64,000 nt of DNA from Nitrospinaceae bacterium (GCA_965223665.1 OZ245011.1:1088001-1152000); one strand, 5' to 3'; shown: positions 1 to 11,008, counted from the stretch's first letter. Notes: a model not told the origin generated them from the sequence alone. Made by a program: numbers and translations.

Positions 1-203
1 CTCCCACCACTTTTTTTCCTAATTTCATCCGATTTAGATTTACGATCATCTTGCCCTTCTGTACTATCCTCAAAATTAAATTCAATTTCTTTATCATTGC
101 TTTCATCATTTATGGGGGATGAATGACCCAAACCCGGATTGAGATCTTCTGATTTACACTTATTTTTAGCGTTGTCAGATGATTTTTTTGAAATTAATGG
201 CAT
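1..203 (-). CDS. Hypothetical protein, N-terminal part (runs off the window)
   Basis: Manual translation from ATG at 203 (MPLISKKSSDNAKNKCKSEDLNPG...RKKSGG) is open to position 1; purine-rich AAAGGGAAAAT directly upstream. Confidence 0.5.
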   Translation of the reverse strand, partial: MPLISKKSSDNAKNKCKSEDLNPGLGHSSPINDESNDKEIEFNFEDSTEGQDDRKSKSDEIRKKSGG

Positions 204-656
204 ATTTTCCCTTTTAACAACCTGCCCCAATAATAGGTTAAGGTCTTGATTCAAAAAACTCAACATCCCAATCAATATTGATTAATTCCAAAATCCAAAG
301 CATTCCTTAATTAATTTTCTAACAATTCTTTTCAATTAAATTTACATTTACACTTTTAATTAAATATTTATGAACTTATTTTCCCCTTAAAACCTTTTTT
401 CCTTCCTCCAATTCCCCTTGTAACAAGTTGCTTTTAAAGACCTTATCTTCTATACTAATTTCATCTAAACATAATCAAATATTTTGCTCGCAATTATTTT
501 TTGGCCATAATAGGCTTTTTATTACCGGCTAATAGTAAAGGGAAATTCCTAATTAAAGATCTCATAGGTCTTTTCAAGAATTTCCATTTCGCAAAGATAT
601 TTATTACACCAATATGCTTTATTGTTAAAAAACAGACATTAAAAAGGAAAATTTGA

Positions 657-3600
657 ATGAAAAACAATAAAGACCAGATGTATATCTCTTTAGGTCTCAT
701 AATACTTATTACGTTTGTTTTATTAACCGTTTGGGAATTTTTTATTGAAGGCTGGCTATTAAATTCAGTATTTAATTACAACTTTTCCAAAACCACAATA
801 GAGCATTGGAAAGTAATTGCAGTTGGATTAACTGCCGTGGGAATATCCCTTATTTTCCCCTTCAGAAAAATATTAACTAGTTTAAAAGAATTGGGCCAAA
901 CTCAGGATACACTGAAAAAAGAACAAGATTTTACAAAAGCTATTTTTAGTGCGGACTCCTCCCTTTGTTTAATTGTAGATAATTTTAATAAAATCACTCA
1001 AACAAATGCTAAAACGCTAAAGGATTTGGGCTATACCGAAAGTGATTTAATTGGTAAAAATTGGATTAGAACTCTGATTCCAGAATCATCTCAAGAAACA
1101 ACTTTAAATAATTTCACTAAATTTTCGAATGACAAAACCAAGTTGCTTGATTACTTCCATTGCCCAATTTTAAAAAAAGATTCAGATGAAGTAACCGTGA
1201 AATTCCAAACCTCTACCATTTATGATCAATCTGGAAAAATAAGCTATTCTATTATCTCCGGTCAATTAGTGCCTTCAGAAACTGAAATTCCCCCAACTCC
1301 TATAAGCAATGATAATAACAATGCTAAAATCAAAAAATTAAATGAAGTTTTAAAGCAAAACAAGAAAAAATATCATAAAGAAGTTTTAAAAAATGCTCGA
1401 ACTAAGGCACGATTTAAATTTTGGTTTGAATTGGAAAAAACCCTTATTAGTTTTCCAACCCATTCAAATAAAAATAAAGATGAAATAAACAAAAGAATAA
1501 ATGCAACTTTAAAAACTTTTGGAACCCTAACACGGTCAAACCAAGGTTTTATATTTTTATTTTCAAAAGATAACGCAACCATGTCCAATTCTCACTTGTG
1601 GATTGAAGAGGATCCTGGGCTTTCGGCTAATCCTGAAGAAAAAATTGATCTAGATACATTCCCATGGTTTAAAACTAAATTATTAAACAATGAGATAATA
1701 CATATTCCTAGTCTAAACGATTTCCCTCCCAAGGCTAATGTGGAAAAGGAAGTTCTTAGTAGCCAGGGAATTAAATCATTGATTTCCATTCCTTTAACTC
1801 ACAAGGGAAGACCATTCGGTTATTTAGGATTTGAAAAAACCTCCGAAGAGAAACAATGGGATAATGAGGAAATCGCATTATTAAAAGTTATGTCAAGAGC
1901 CTTAAGTAAAATTCTTATTACTGAAAAGGAATTCAAAGATACTACACCTAAAATTCAAGAAACGTCATCATCCGAATTTAAATTAGTCAAAAAAGAGCTT
2001 GAAGCAGCGCTGGAAGAAAAATCCAAACTGGAAAGCGAATTAGAACTGGAGCGATCCAAGGTTCCACAAAGTGATCAAGAAAACTCTAAAGAACTGGAAA
2101 CATTAAAAAAAGAATTGCATGAGGTACAAGAAAAGAAAGCCAACCTAGAAAAGAAATTAAAAGATACAACAAATGTCGATGGTCGGTTTTCTGATATTCA
2201 ATTTAAATTAAAGACTTCAGAATCAGAACTTCAGAATTCAAAAAACACTATTCAAGAGCTAGAAAATAGCCTGGAAGAATCAAAACTTTCTGTTAAAAAT
2301 CTAACTGAACAAATCAACCATGAGAAATCAGAAAAAGCCAAACTAAATGCCAAATTGACCGATCATGAAAACTTAGTCAATCAAAAGGAGGAAGAATTCA
2401 GCTCTCTGAATGAAACTCAATCAGAGCTAGAGTTAGAAATAAATGAGCTAAGAAAAATAAAAAATTCTTTTGAAGAGTCCCAACGTATTATTGAAGAGCA
2501 AGGAAATCAATTAAAAGAATATAAAATTCAAAACAAAGAACTCCAAAGCTCCAAAGAATTGATTTCAAAAATAAAAAAGGAAAATGAAGAATTAAATAGC
2601 CAGATTCATAATCTGCAGAAACAATTAGGCGACAATAAAGAAAAAATAGATCAAATTATTTCCATAGAAAATGTAAATGAAAAGCTGAATTCGGAAATAA
2701 AAATCAAAGATCAAGCCATTCAGAATTTAAATACTGAAGTTAAAAATAAAAGTCAGATCATTAACAATTTAAACATTGAAAGGGAAAACTTCAGTAAACA
2801 TCAAATTTCTTTAGAGAGAATGGAGGAAGAAAAATTTAGTCTAGAAAATTCTCTAAAAGCCAAAGATGAGGAAGTTGCAAAAATCAAGGATGAGCTAGAT
2901 CAAGTCAGAAAAGAAAAAGAAATTTCTATCCAAAAAAATACCCAAATGGAAGAACAACTTCAGCAGGTTCAGGTCTTAAATGCAAACCTTCATTTAAAGA
3001 CTAACCAATTGAATGAAGCAAATGATTCTTTGAAACTGATTCAACAAGAAAATCAGAATCTAGCCTTCACTACGCAGCAACTAAAACAACAAATAGAAGA
3101 TAAAACACATATTATAGAAGAAAAGTCAGATTATATTGAGGGTCAAAAGAAAACAATTGAAGATAAAGATCGATCATTGAAATCAAAAGATCAAAATATA
3201 TCTCAACTCAAAAAAATCGCAGGTCAATTAGATCAAATTAACTTACCTGTTTTTACCTTAAATTCTATAGGCCAAGTGGTAACCTGGAACCAAGGCGCTG
3301 AAGCTTTAACTGGTTTAACTCCTGAACAGGCAATTGGAAATAACTTTTCTTCTATTCTAAAAGGAAATAGTACTATTCCAACTCCAGATGAATTAAAAGC
3401 TATTTTTGAAAAATGCCCTTCTTTTCATAATGAACTTACTTTTAAAAATTCACTAGGGCAAATGATTTTCGGAAATATTCGCTTAACCGCCATTAAAAAT
3501 TCAGCCGGTCAATTGGATCATATAATAGGTTATATTCATGAAATACCTTCCGAAGCTCAAAACAACCAAATCAAACAATTGAATGAACATTACTTCTCAA

Positions 3601-5843
3601 CATTATCAAAACTGGAATTATGTTATGTAACCCTTTCCGAAAACTATAAGATATTAGATTATAATCCTTACTCACAAACAACATACAATTGGGAAAAAGA
3701 GCATACCCTTCAAAAGGAATTTTTTGAAACTCTTTGCAACAGTTCATCCCTATCGGTTCCACCAGAGACTATAATCCATAGCCTCAAAAATCACTCCACG
3801 GCTGAATTTGAATGTGAATGGAACACGCATGGTTCACAAAAAAGATTTTTTAAGTGGACTCTAATTAAGGGAGTAAGTAGTGATCAATCTGCTACAAGAA
3901 TCTATGCCTTGGGCCAAGATATCACTTCTTTGAACAATAAAATAAAAGACTTAAAAGAAAAAGAATTAACCTTTCAGAGCATAGTCCAAAAAGCAGTGGA
4001 TGGATACATTACTATAGATGAAAATGGGATCATTCAATCTTTTAATGAAGCGGCAGAAACTATATTTGGTTTTTCTTCAAATGACTTAGTTGGGCAAAGT
4101 TTAAGCGCTTTAATGCCTGAACCCTATTCAAAAGAACATAAAAATTATATCAACAACTATCTGTCCACTGGGAAATCCAATTTAGTCAATGGACCCGCTA
4201 AGGAATTTGTGGCTAAACATAAAGATGGGTATTGTTTCCCAGTGGAAATTGCTGTACGAGAAATACATCAAGGGTACCGTCGTTTATTTGTGGGAGTGGT
4301 TCACGATATTAGAAAAAGGAAAGAACTTGAAATTTCTTTATCTGAAACAATGGAAAAGCTCAAATATATGATGGAGGCCGAGTCAGATGCCGTAATGATT
4401 ATGGACGCAACAAAGCAAACCATTTTGGAAGCCAATAATTCTGCATTCCAACTGTTCGGGTTTTCAAAAGAAAACCTGCTTGGTTTGACCATAAATGATA
4501 TTTCAACCGATACCCAAAATTCAGATCCAGCAGAAAATGGAAACACTGCAAACTTTGGTCAAATATTCAAGCAACCTTTAAATTATTATAAGAAAAAAGA
4601 CGGTACTGTATTCCCAGCTCAAACGTCTACTGTTACTTTTCCTGTTCGGGATCAAAAAATTTATTTGAAAATTATAAGGGATATTTCAAATCAAACTCAA
4701 ATGGAAGGCCAAATCCGAGAATCCAACGACCACCTTCAAGATATCTTAAACCACTCCAATGCAATTATTTACCAAAAAGATACTGAAGGAAAATACACTA
4801 TGGTCAATAGTCAATTTGAAGCGTTATTTAAGGTTTCAAATGAGAAGGTAATAGGAAAAACTGAAAATGAGGTCCTTCCCGAAACTTTAGCTAACAAAAT
4901 AAAACAAAATGATCAAAGGGTATTGGAAACTGGATCTGTGGTTCAGTCTGAAGAATCAATACTCCATAATGATGGTATGCATACGTATTCAACCATCCAT
5001 TTCCCAATTCGAAATTCTTCAGGAATTTTATATTCCACTTGTTCTATTTGGACAGATACTACTTTAAAAAACCAGTTAAAAGAAAAAGTGGAACGAGTTC
5101 AAAAAGACATGGAACAATTAATGGAAAAACAGGCTATAGAATTTAAAAACAGCCAATCAAAAATTATTCGCCAAGAAAAATTAGAAGCTGCAAATCAACT
5201 GGCAAACTCGCTTTCAAATCAAATAAATCAGCCTATCCAGGGAATTAAGACTTTGCTCCATCAGGTAATTGAATTGGTTCCAATGGAAGAAATTCATCAG
5301 GGTCTAATTCGCTTGTCAATAAATGAATGTAACAGGATATCTGAGCTAGTAGAAAAAATAAAAGGTTTCCAAAATCTCCCTCAAGATGAAATCAAATCTC
5401 TCAACCTCCATCAAATTTTGGAAAAGTCCATAGAGGAAAAAAATTCGGAAATTAAAAATCAATCAATTGAATTAGAGAAAAAACTTGTTAAAGATTCTCC
5501 TCATGTTCAGGGAGCTTCTTATCAATTGCAACAAGTAATAAGCCACGTATTACAAAATGCCCTTGAAGCAATTTCCAACACAAATGGAAAAATTTTAATT
5601 GCCACAGAGCGTGAGGATTCAAAAATAAAAATTTATATCCAAGACAATGGTTGTGGGATACCTCCTGAAATCAAAAATTCAATTTTTGACCCATTTTTCA
5701 CCACTAAAGGAGCTTTGAAGCAACAAGGATTAGGGTTAACTTTATCTTCAAGAATATTGAAGAGTCATCGAGGAGAAATTGACATAAAAAGCCAGCCCGG
5801 TAAAGGAACAACTGTTACCATTATTTTACCAAGCGTCAATTAA
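657..5843 (+). CDS. Membrane-anchored PAS/GAF/coiled-coil/multi-PAS histidine-kinase-like protein (H-box His absent)
   Basis: Two N-terminal TM segments, PAS, GAF (GIKSLISIPL..GYLGF), long E/K/Q coiled coil, several PAS domains, HATPase motifs (QNALEA, DNGCGI, FDPFFTTK, GLGL). Confidence 0.9.
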   Translation: MKNNKDQMYISLGLIILITFVLLTVWEFFIEGWLLNSVFNYNFSKTTIEHWKVIAVGLTAVGISLIFPFRKILTSLKELGQTQDTLKKEQDFTKAIFSADSSLCLIVDNFNKITQTNAKTLKDLGYTESDLIGKNWIRTLIPESSQETTLNNFTKFSNDKTKLLDYFHCPILKKDSDEVTVKFQTSTIYDQSGKISYSIISGQLVPSETEIPPTPISNDNNNAKIKKLNEVLKQNKKKYHKEVLKNARTKARFKFWFELEKTLISFPTHSNKNKDEINKRINATLKTFGTLTRSNQGFIFLFSKDNATMSNSHLWIEEDPGLSANPEEKIDLDTFPWFKTKLLNNEIIHIPSLNDFPPKANVEKEVLSSQGIKSLISIPLTHKGRPFGYLGFEKTSEEKQWDNEEIALLKVMSRALSKILITEKEFKDTTPKIQETSSSEFKLVKKELEAALEEKSKLESELELERSKVPQSDQENSKELETLKKELHEVQEKKANLEKKLKDTTNVDGRFSDIQFKLKTSESELQNSKNTIQELENSLEESKLSVKNLTEQINHEKSEKAKLNAKLTDHENLVNQKEEEFSSLNETQSELELEINELRKIKNSFEESQRIIEEQGNQLKEYKIQNKELQSSKELISKIKKENEELNSQIHNLQKQLGDNKEKIDQIISIENVNEKLNSEIKIKDQAIQNLNTEVKNKSQIINNLNIERENFSKHQISLERMEEEKFSLENSLKAKDEEVAKIKDELDQVRKEKEISIQKNTQMEEQLQQVQVLNANLHLKTNQLNEANDSLKLIQQENQNLAFTTQQLKQQIEDKTHIIEEKSDYIEGQKKTIEDKDRSLKSKDQNISQLKKIAGQLDQINLPVFTLNSIGQVVTWNQGAEALTGLTPEQAIGNNFSSILKGNSTIPTPDELKAIFEKCPSFHNELTFKNSLGQMIFGNIRLTAIKNSAGQLDHIIGYIHEIPSEAQNNQIKQLNEHYFSTLSKLELCYVTLSENYKILDYNPYSQTTYNWEKEHTLQKEFFETLCNSSSLSVPPETIIHSLKNHSTAEFECEWNTHGSQKRFFKWTLIKGVSSDQSATRIYALGQDITSLNNKIKDLKEKELTFQSIVQKAVDGYITIDENGIIQSFNEAAETIFGFSSNDLVGQSLSALMPEPYSKEHKNYINNYLSTGKSNLVNGPAKEFVAKHKDGYCFPVEIAVREIHQGYRRLFVGVVHDIRKRKELEISLSETMEKLKYMMEAESDAVMIMDATKQTILEANNSAFQLFGFSKENLLGLTINDISTDTQNSDPAENGNTANFGQIFKQPLNYYKKKDGTVFPAQTSTVTFPVRDQKIYLKIIRDISNQTQMEGQIRESNDHLQDILNHSNAIIYQKDTEGKYTMVNSQFEALFKVSNEKVIGKTENEVLPETLANKIKQNDQRVLETGSVVQSEESILHNDGMHTYSTIHFPIRNSSGILYSTCSIWTDTTLKNQLKEKVERVQKDMEQLMEKQAIEFKNSQSKIIRQEKLEAANQLANSLSNQINQPIQGIKTLLHQVIELVPMEEIHQGLIRLSINECNRISELVEKIKGFQNLPQDEIKSLNLHQILEKSIEEKNSEIKNQSIELEKKLVKDSPHVQGASYQLQQVISHVLQNALEAISNTNGKILIATEREDSKIKIYIQDNGCGIPPEIKNSIFDPFFTTKGALKQQGLGLTLSSRILKSHRGEIDIKSQPGKGTTVTIILPSVN

Positions 5844-6009
5844 GACTAATATTACCTACGTGAACTGATGAAGCGGGACAATATTGGGAATTTCATATTA
5901 CCGTCGACTCGATTTATACTTTTAGTATCAAGAAATTATTTTTTGTTGGGCTAATATTTTGCAAGATTAAACTAATCCCAACCTGGATTCCCTATCAGCT
6001 TATTCTCTT

Positions 6010-6204
6010 TCAATTATAGATAAAATTACTTTCCTTATGTAAATTTCTATATTTTTGAATGGCCTTTAATATTGGTTTTGAAACACAAGGTTTCTTATTA
6101 ATACTCAATCCATCTCGTATACTTAAAGACTGATCTAAGTCTAAAGGATTAGCTAGAATCTTCATGCTTAAATAAATATTTTCGGTTTTAATGAATTCTG
6201 ACAC
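6010..6204 (-). CDS. Small hypothetical protein
   Basis: 64-aa ORF, GTG start preceded by GAGGT; no recognisable motif. Confidence 0.4.
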   Translation of the reverse strand: MSEFIKTENIYLSMKILANPLDLDQSLSIRDGLSINKKPCVSKPILKAIQKYRNLHKESNFIYN

Positions 6205-6625
6205 AGTTACCTCAAATTAAATAGTAATGATAAGCATTATCAATATTATCAATTTTTCACTAAAAGTAAAATAATCCACTTAAATTTAAATATTTTCTAC
6301 CCCAAAAGTTGGGCCCACCTATTTTCACTATAACCCCTTAAATTACAATAAGTTATATAAAAACCTCTTAAAGTTTTTGTTTCCCAAAGACATATAAATA
6401 TTTGAGGCGGCTTTACATTATATCTCACTGATCTTATTTACTTTTGAGGAAATATTAAGAAATTTTAATATTACATTAACCCATTTTTAATTCTAATTTC
6501 TTATTATCTTCTTAGACAATGGGTCAACCAGAAGAGGCCTGCTCCAAAATAAATAATTACCAGGACAACAACTCTCAGTTTAAGGAACCCATCCAAATTA
6601 CAAAATGCAATTCAGGGAGGATGAC

Positions 6626-6826
6626 ATGTTCTATCCAGTAAAAATATTTAACCGAAAAGGAAAATTCAGAAAAGAAGTTTCATCTAAGTTGCTAAGCCGA
6701 CAATACTGGGATAAGTTTTATAATTCCGCAAATAAAAATATTCAAATCTCTAATAAAAATGGCAAAAATTTAAAAGCCCAATTTCCAGAATTAGAATATG
6801 ATGATTCCTTTTATTCGGAGGATTAA
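6626..6826 (+). CDS. Small basic hypothetical protein
   Basis: ORF track 6605..6826; better start ATG 6626 after GGGAGG (MFYPVKIFNRKGK...); terminator follows. Confidence 0.7.
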   Translation: MFYPVKIFNRKGKFRKEVSSKLLSRQYWDKFYNSANKNIQISNKNGKNLKAQFPELEYDDSFYSED

Positions 6827-6890
6827 ATCTTAAACTTTGAGTTGTCCCTCAATTAATTTGAAAAAATTTTCCTGCCAAGGACTTTTTCAT

Positions 6891-6922
6891 AACCCTCTTC
6901 CATTTATTGGAAGAGGGTTTTT
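6891..6922 (+). terminator. Rho-independent terminator
   Basis: AACCCTCTTCCA-tttat-TGGAAGAGGGTT, 12-bp stem followed by T run. Confidence 0.8.
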
Positions 6923-7149
6923 ATTTAAATTCCCTCAAAAAACTTATCTTTAATTTTCTGAGAAAAAGCAGGAAAACTATTAGCCAGATATTATTTCGAC
7001 AGGTCCCATTTTACTGCCAGAAAAACAAACTTAGAAGTTTCTAAGAACTATAAAATTGGTGGGAGTTTATTAATTGAATTGGCTGGAGGTTTTATTTTTA
7101 ATCGTTATGGCAATTCTTAGCCAATTATCTTGAGCAATAAACAAAGCAA

Positions 7150-7551
7150 CTAATTCTGCAATTTTATTCCAAGCAATACTTCAATTTCTTTTTTTAGGTC
7201 CTTACCCTCAAACGGCTTAACCAAATAATGCTTGATACCATTACTCAAAGCCTGGATCATTTTTTCTCTTTGAGCTTCTCCTGTAATCATTAAAACAGGA
7301 ATACTTTTCAAATTTTCATCATTCTTTAACGTTTTAAAAAAATCTAATCCGTCCATACCTGGCATATGCCAATCCGTAATGATCAGGTCAAATCTGCTTG
7401 CATGCAAGGTCTTCAACGCATCATCGCCGTTTTCAGAATCAGTAATGTCATTAAAACCCATTTGGTTTAAATGATAACGAATGATCCGCAACAGCTTTTC
7501 ATCATCTTCTACAACAAGAATTTTCTTCTTTTCAAAACCTTCATTATTCAT
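7150..7551 (-). CDS. CheY-like single-domain response regulator
   Basis: ILVVEDD, LIITDWHMPGMDG, LMITGE, YLVKPF receiver motifs. Confidence 0.9.
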   Translation of the reverse strand: MNNEGFEKKKILVVEDDEKLLRIIRYHLNQMGFNDITDSENGDDALKTLHASRFDLIITDWHMPGMDGLDFFKTLKNDENLKSIPVLMITGEAQREKMIQALSNGIKHYLVKPFEGKDLKKEIEVLLGIKLQN

Positions 7552-7595
7552 AGCTAATATAATAAGTGTAAGGCAAATGTTAAAATTTTTCTAAT

Positions 7596-8378
7596 CTATT
7601 GATGAGGAACTGATCGGGCTATTCGAAAACCCAAGATATAGTGCCGTTTATCTATCTTATCTCTATATCGAGATGCAGAGCGAACGTAGCTTACCAGGTT
7701 GGCCATTGAGCCACCTCGACGGGTTTTAAATTTACTCTTTTTTGGACCTAAGGGATAATTTCGAGGACTCTTCTTATAATAGTGGAAATCATACCAGTCA
7801 CTTACCCATTCCCAAACATTACCTACCATGTCATAAAGACCCCATGCATTGGGTAATTTGGTCCCCACTGGATGCATTGTAAAGTTGGAGGACCCGTAAT
7901 ACCAAACATAGTCATTATTTATTTCATCTCCCCAATAATATCTTGTTTTCGTCCCCGCTCTTGCAGCATATTCCCATTCAGCTTCTGTCGGTAGACGATA
8001 AAGATCAGTCGATTCCAATTTATTTAGATTTTCAATATACTCTACAGCATCCAACCATGAAATTCGATTAACAGGGTTCTTCTCTCCAACAAACTTGGAA
8101 GGATTTTCAGACATTAATTTCAACCATTGCGCTTGCGTCACCTCAAATTTTCCTAAATAAAAATCATGAACACAAACTTCATGCTCCGGTTTTTCATATT
8201 CATAACCCTGATTGTCTCCCATAATATAACAACCACCTGGAATTTTTATAAATTCAATCCCGGTTGAGGGAGATTTCCATTCTGCAAATTTAGATTCCTT
8301 TCCCACAGAATAAGAAAGTCCAAAATGCCAAACTCCAAAGCCAACTATAGAAAAGATTAAATATTTAATTACTTTCAT
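7596..8378 (-). CDS. FGE-sulfatase (SUMF1/EgtB/PvdO-family) domain protein, exported
   Basis: EVTQAQW, RLPTEAEWEYAAR, PNAWGLYDMVGNVWEW, RGGS, GFR; N-terminal hydrophobic segment. Confidence 0.9.
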   Translation of the reverse strand: MKVIKYLIFSIVGFGVWHFGLSYSVGKESKFAEWKSPSTGIEFIKIPGGCYIMGDNQGYEYEKPEHEVCVHDFYLGKFEVTQAQWLKLMSENPSKFVGEKNPVNRISWLDAVEYIENLNKLESTDLYRLPTEAEWEYAARAGTKTRYYWGDEINNDYVWYYGSSNFTMHPVGTKLPNAWGLYDMVGNVWEWVSDWYDFHYYKKSPRNYPLGPKKSKFKTRRGGSMANLVSYVRSASRYRDKIDKRHYILGFRIARSVPHQ

Positions 8379-8482
8379 GTTCCACTAGTAGTATGAAAAA
8401 TAAAACTTTGATACTATTTCAATTAATTTTTTTTAATCATTCTTTTTATTTTGAATAATTTTTTCAAACCTGATTTTATTAC

Positions 8483-8851
8483 TTGCTTATTTTGAGATAC
8501 TTCGTAATTATTTTCATTTTAATATTAATGGGTTGTGAGTCCAGTAATGAACAGCCATTAACCCTTCCGCAAGCCGCCGAACCTTCGGCTAAAATGTATA
8601 ATGATAGAGGAATAGATTTTTATATTAAAGGAGATTTATTTGAGGCGCTGATAAGTTTCAATCAAGCTAAAACCGCTGATCACACGGCGGGTGAAATTCA
8701 TTTTAATTTAGCTTTAGTTCTGCATAACCGAGGAGAAAAAAAACGAGCCTTAAAGCACTTTAAACTAGCCAGGCAATTTGCTCAGGGAAACCCCAAAATA
8801 TTAAATTCTGATTTGTTGAAACAATATTTGAAAACAAAAAATGGTGATTAA
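8483..8851 (+). CDS. TPR-containing lipoprotein
   Basis: Lipobox LMGC; TPR patterns YNDRG...EAL..F..A and HFNLALVL..G...A..HF..A. Confidence 0.8.
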   Translation: MLILRYFVIIFILILMGCESSNEQPLTLPQAAEPSAKMYNDRGIDFYIKGDLFEALISFNQAKTADHTAGEIHFNLALVLHNRGEKKRALKHFKLARQFAQGNPKILNSDLLKQYLKTKNGD

Positions 8852-9714
8852 ACTGTTCTCATCCAATCTACAGCATTTTTAATTATTTTAGAAAAATTGC
8901 CGTCTTTTATTCGACCTCTTCTACCATGCCCCGGAAAAATCCATTGAACTTCTTCCAGATTTTTTAATTTATCTACAGACTTTATTTGAGTTTCCCAAGA
9001 ATACCAACAAGCATCTCGAAAAGAACCAAAATGGTTCAATTGCCGGAGCCAGGCAAAATGATCTCCTGTAAAAAGATATTTATTCTTCCAAAGAAGAACC
9101 TGATGCCCTTTTGAATGACCTGGTGTAAAAATAATTCGCCCATCATCAAACACTCTATCTATTTCACCCTTTACAATTATTTCAGCATCCAATTGTGCAC
9201 CGGAGTCCAGCTCATGAATAATCCGTTTTGCACCAAATTGTTTGGCATAAAAGTTCGCATCTGCCACATCATCTTGATGAGATAAAAAGATATATTTTAA
9301 TCCCCCCATTTCTTCAAATTTTTTTACTAAATGCTTATGGAATCTTGGTGAATCGACCAGCCAGTTTCCCCTTTCAGACTTAATAAAGTAACTGTCTCCA
9401 CCAAAAGAGTCCCTTGCATTAAAACCGTTTAAATAAATGTCATTAATTAATTTTAAAGGGAGCGTTTGTTTTGATTTATTAAAGTCAACCGAATCCATAG
9501 TTCCGATCGAACCTACCGGGCAAGAAATTAAAGCTCTTTTAGCCTCTATCATTTCTATTTCATTTGCGGGTTGCTTTTGAACAAACGCATATTCTCCTGT
9601 ATCTCCAAAAGTTGAAGGAGCAAACCGTCTACAAGCATCACAATCGATGCACGTGGAATCCACGAAAAAGTTTCCACAAATGTTCTCTTTCAATTTTAAT
9701 TTTTGATTGGCCAT
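8848..9714 (-). CDS. Ferredoxin-fused metallo-beta-lactamase-fold hydrolase
   Basis: CIDCDAC...CPVGSI Fe-S motif, then SHQDDVAD, TPGHS, FTGDH, PGHG; start moved to ATG 9714 (MANQK). Confidence 0.85.
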   Translation of the reverse strand: MANQKLKLKENICGNFFVDSTCIDCDACRRFAPSTFGDTGEYAFVQKQPANEIEMIEAKRALISCPVGSIGTMDSVDFNKSKQTLPLKLINDIYLNGFNARDSFGGDSYFIKSERGNWLVDSPRFHKHLVKKFEEMGGLKYIFLSHQDDVADANFYAKQFGAKRIIHELDSGAQLDAEIIVKGEIDRVFDDGRIIFTPGHSKGHQVLLWKNKYLFTGDHFAWLRQLNHFGSFRDACWYSWETQIKSVDKLKNLEEVQWIFPGHGRRGRIKDGNFSKIIKNAVDWMRTV

Positions 9715-9844
9715 AAATTTTTTCTTCAATACATCAACATTATTTTTTATTTGATCACGGCCTTTAACCAAAGTAAAGTCCCTCTTATCAGCTCAAACCT
9801 TATCTAAAACATGACTCCTGACGCTTCTGAAAGGACATAAAATA

Positions 9845-10210
9845 ATGCGCAAAATAAATATAATATTTTTGGTTTTAATATCCCTATTTATAACCTCCAA
9901 TACTGCCTGGGCAGGACAACCATGGAATGGAATGGATATAGTAAGGTTTTGTACTGGGGATACTGTTATATTTGACGAATCTATATGCCGAGCTTATTTA
10001 CAAGGGGTAGCAGACGCTGCAAGACAAATGAAAAAAGATCCTTCTATAAAAGATGAGATTTGTATTCCCGAAAATAAAGAAGATCAAAACCACGGTGAAA
10101 GCCTCTATCCCAAATGGTTGGCAACCTTTAAGGAAAAATGGCATCAAAAACCCATAATTTTAACTTTAGATGGTCTAAAGGCTATTTTCCCTTGTAAAAC
10201 TGACCCATAA
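9845..10210 (+). CDS. Rap1a/Tai-family periplasmic immunity-like protein
   Basis: Signal peptide (AWA); G..I...C...C.AY.QGV.D, ICIP and C-terminal FPC pattern. Confidence 0.7.
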   Translation: MRKINIIFLVLISLFITSNTAWAGQPWNGMDIVRFCTGDTVIFDESICRAYLQGVADAARQMKKDPSIKDEICIPENKEDQNHGESLYPKWLATFKEKWHQKPIILTLDGLKAIFPCKTDP

Positions 10211-10789
10211 CCTCTAATCAGATACTTAATTTTAAAACTCCAAATACCTCGAGGTTTCATTTATTGAATTACGATTACATATACCCTGACAAAGTAAATT
10301 AAAAATGTGGAAAAATCCCACACGGAGATTACCATCCAAGTCCAGTTTTTTATTCATAAAAAAACCTTTATTGGAAAACCCCTGTTTTACCAACTATTAC
10401 TGAAACAAACTGAACTTTTTTTAGTACATTCTGGATTTAACCCATATCATTTTTGACGCAAAAAATAGATTGGAAGTAAATCTATTGGGAGAGAGTTCGC
10501 CCTTTCAAAACCATTCATTTTTTTTATTTCTTTTTTGATATTTTTATTAAGTTAAGTGAAATAATTAAATTTTTTTAAAATTAAAATCCTTGTAAAAAAG
10601 AATAGTAAGCAACAAAATTCGATTTCATCTATTTGGCTATTGAACCTTGTCGGGTTAAATGGTAACTTTCCATCTATCCTACCTACAGTATTTTTTTTAT
10701 GCTTCATTATATTGCTCCTATAACATTAACACCGTAAAGCTATGACAGCTTAAGATTTGGCTGCATAGGATTTATGGAGGACAAAACTA

Positions 10790-11008
10790 ATGAATAAAGT
10801 AAATTATGTGTTTTTCATTGGAGCAGTTTTTATAATCGGTTTATTACCTATTGCTAATAAATTTCAATATATAAAAGTGGATAAAGGAATGATTATTAAA
10901 ACAGACCCTGTTACAGGAGAATCTCATAGATGTATGGTGGTCTATGAAGATACTGGGGTTCAATTAGATTGTAGTGACAAAAAAGATAATAAGTCTGAAG
11001 TTTATTGA
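10790..11008 (+). CDS. Small membrane-anchored hypothetical protein
   Basis: GGAGG RBS, N-terminal TM segment, Cys pair. Confidence 0.7.
   Translation: MNKVNYVFFIGAVFIIGLLPIANKFQYIKVDKGMIIKTDPVTGESHRCMVVYEDTGVQLDCSDKKDNKSEVY

Noticed and set aside
6369-6395. sigma28-like TAAAGTTT
   Set aside because: No acceptable GCCGATAA-like element at the 11-bp spacing
10306-10322. TGTGG-N7-CCACA palindrome (CRP/FNR-like)
   Set aside because: Spacing does not fit TGTGA-N6-TCACA, and it is far from any start codon
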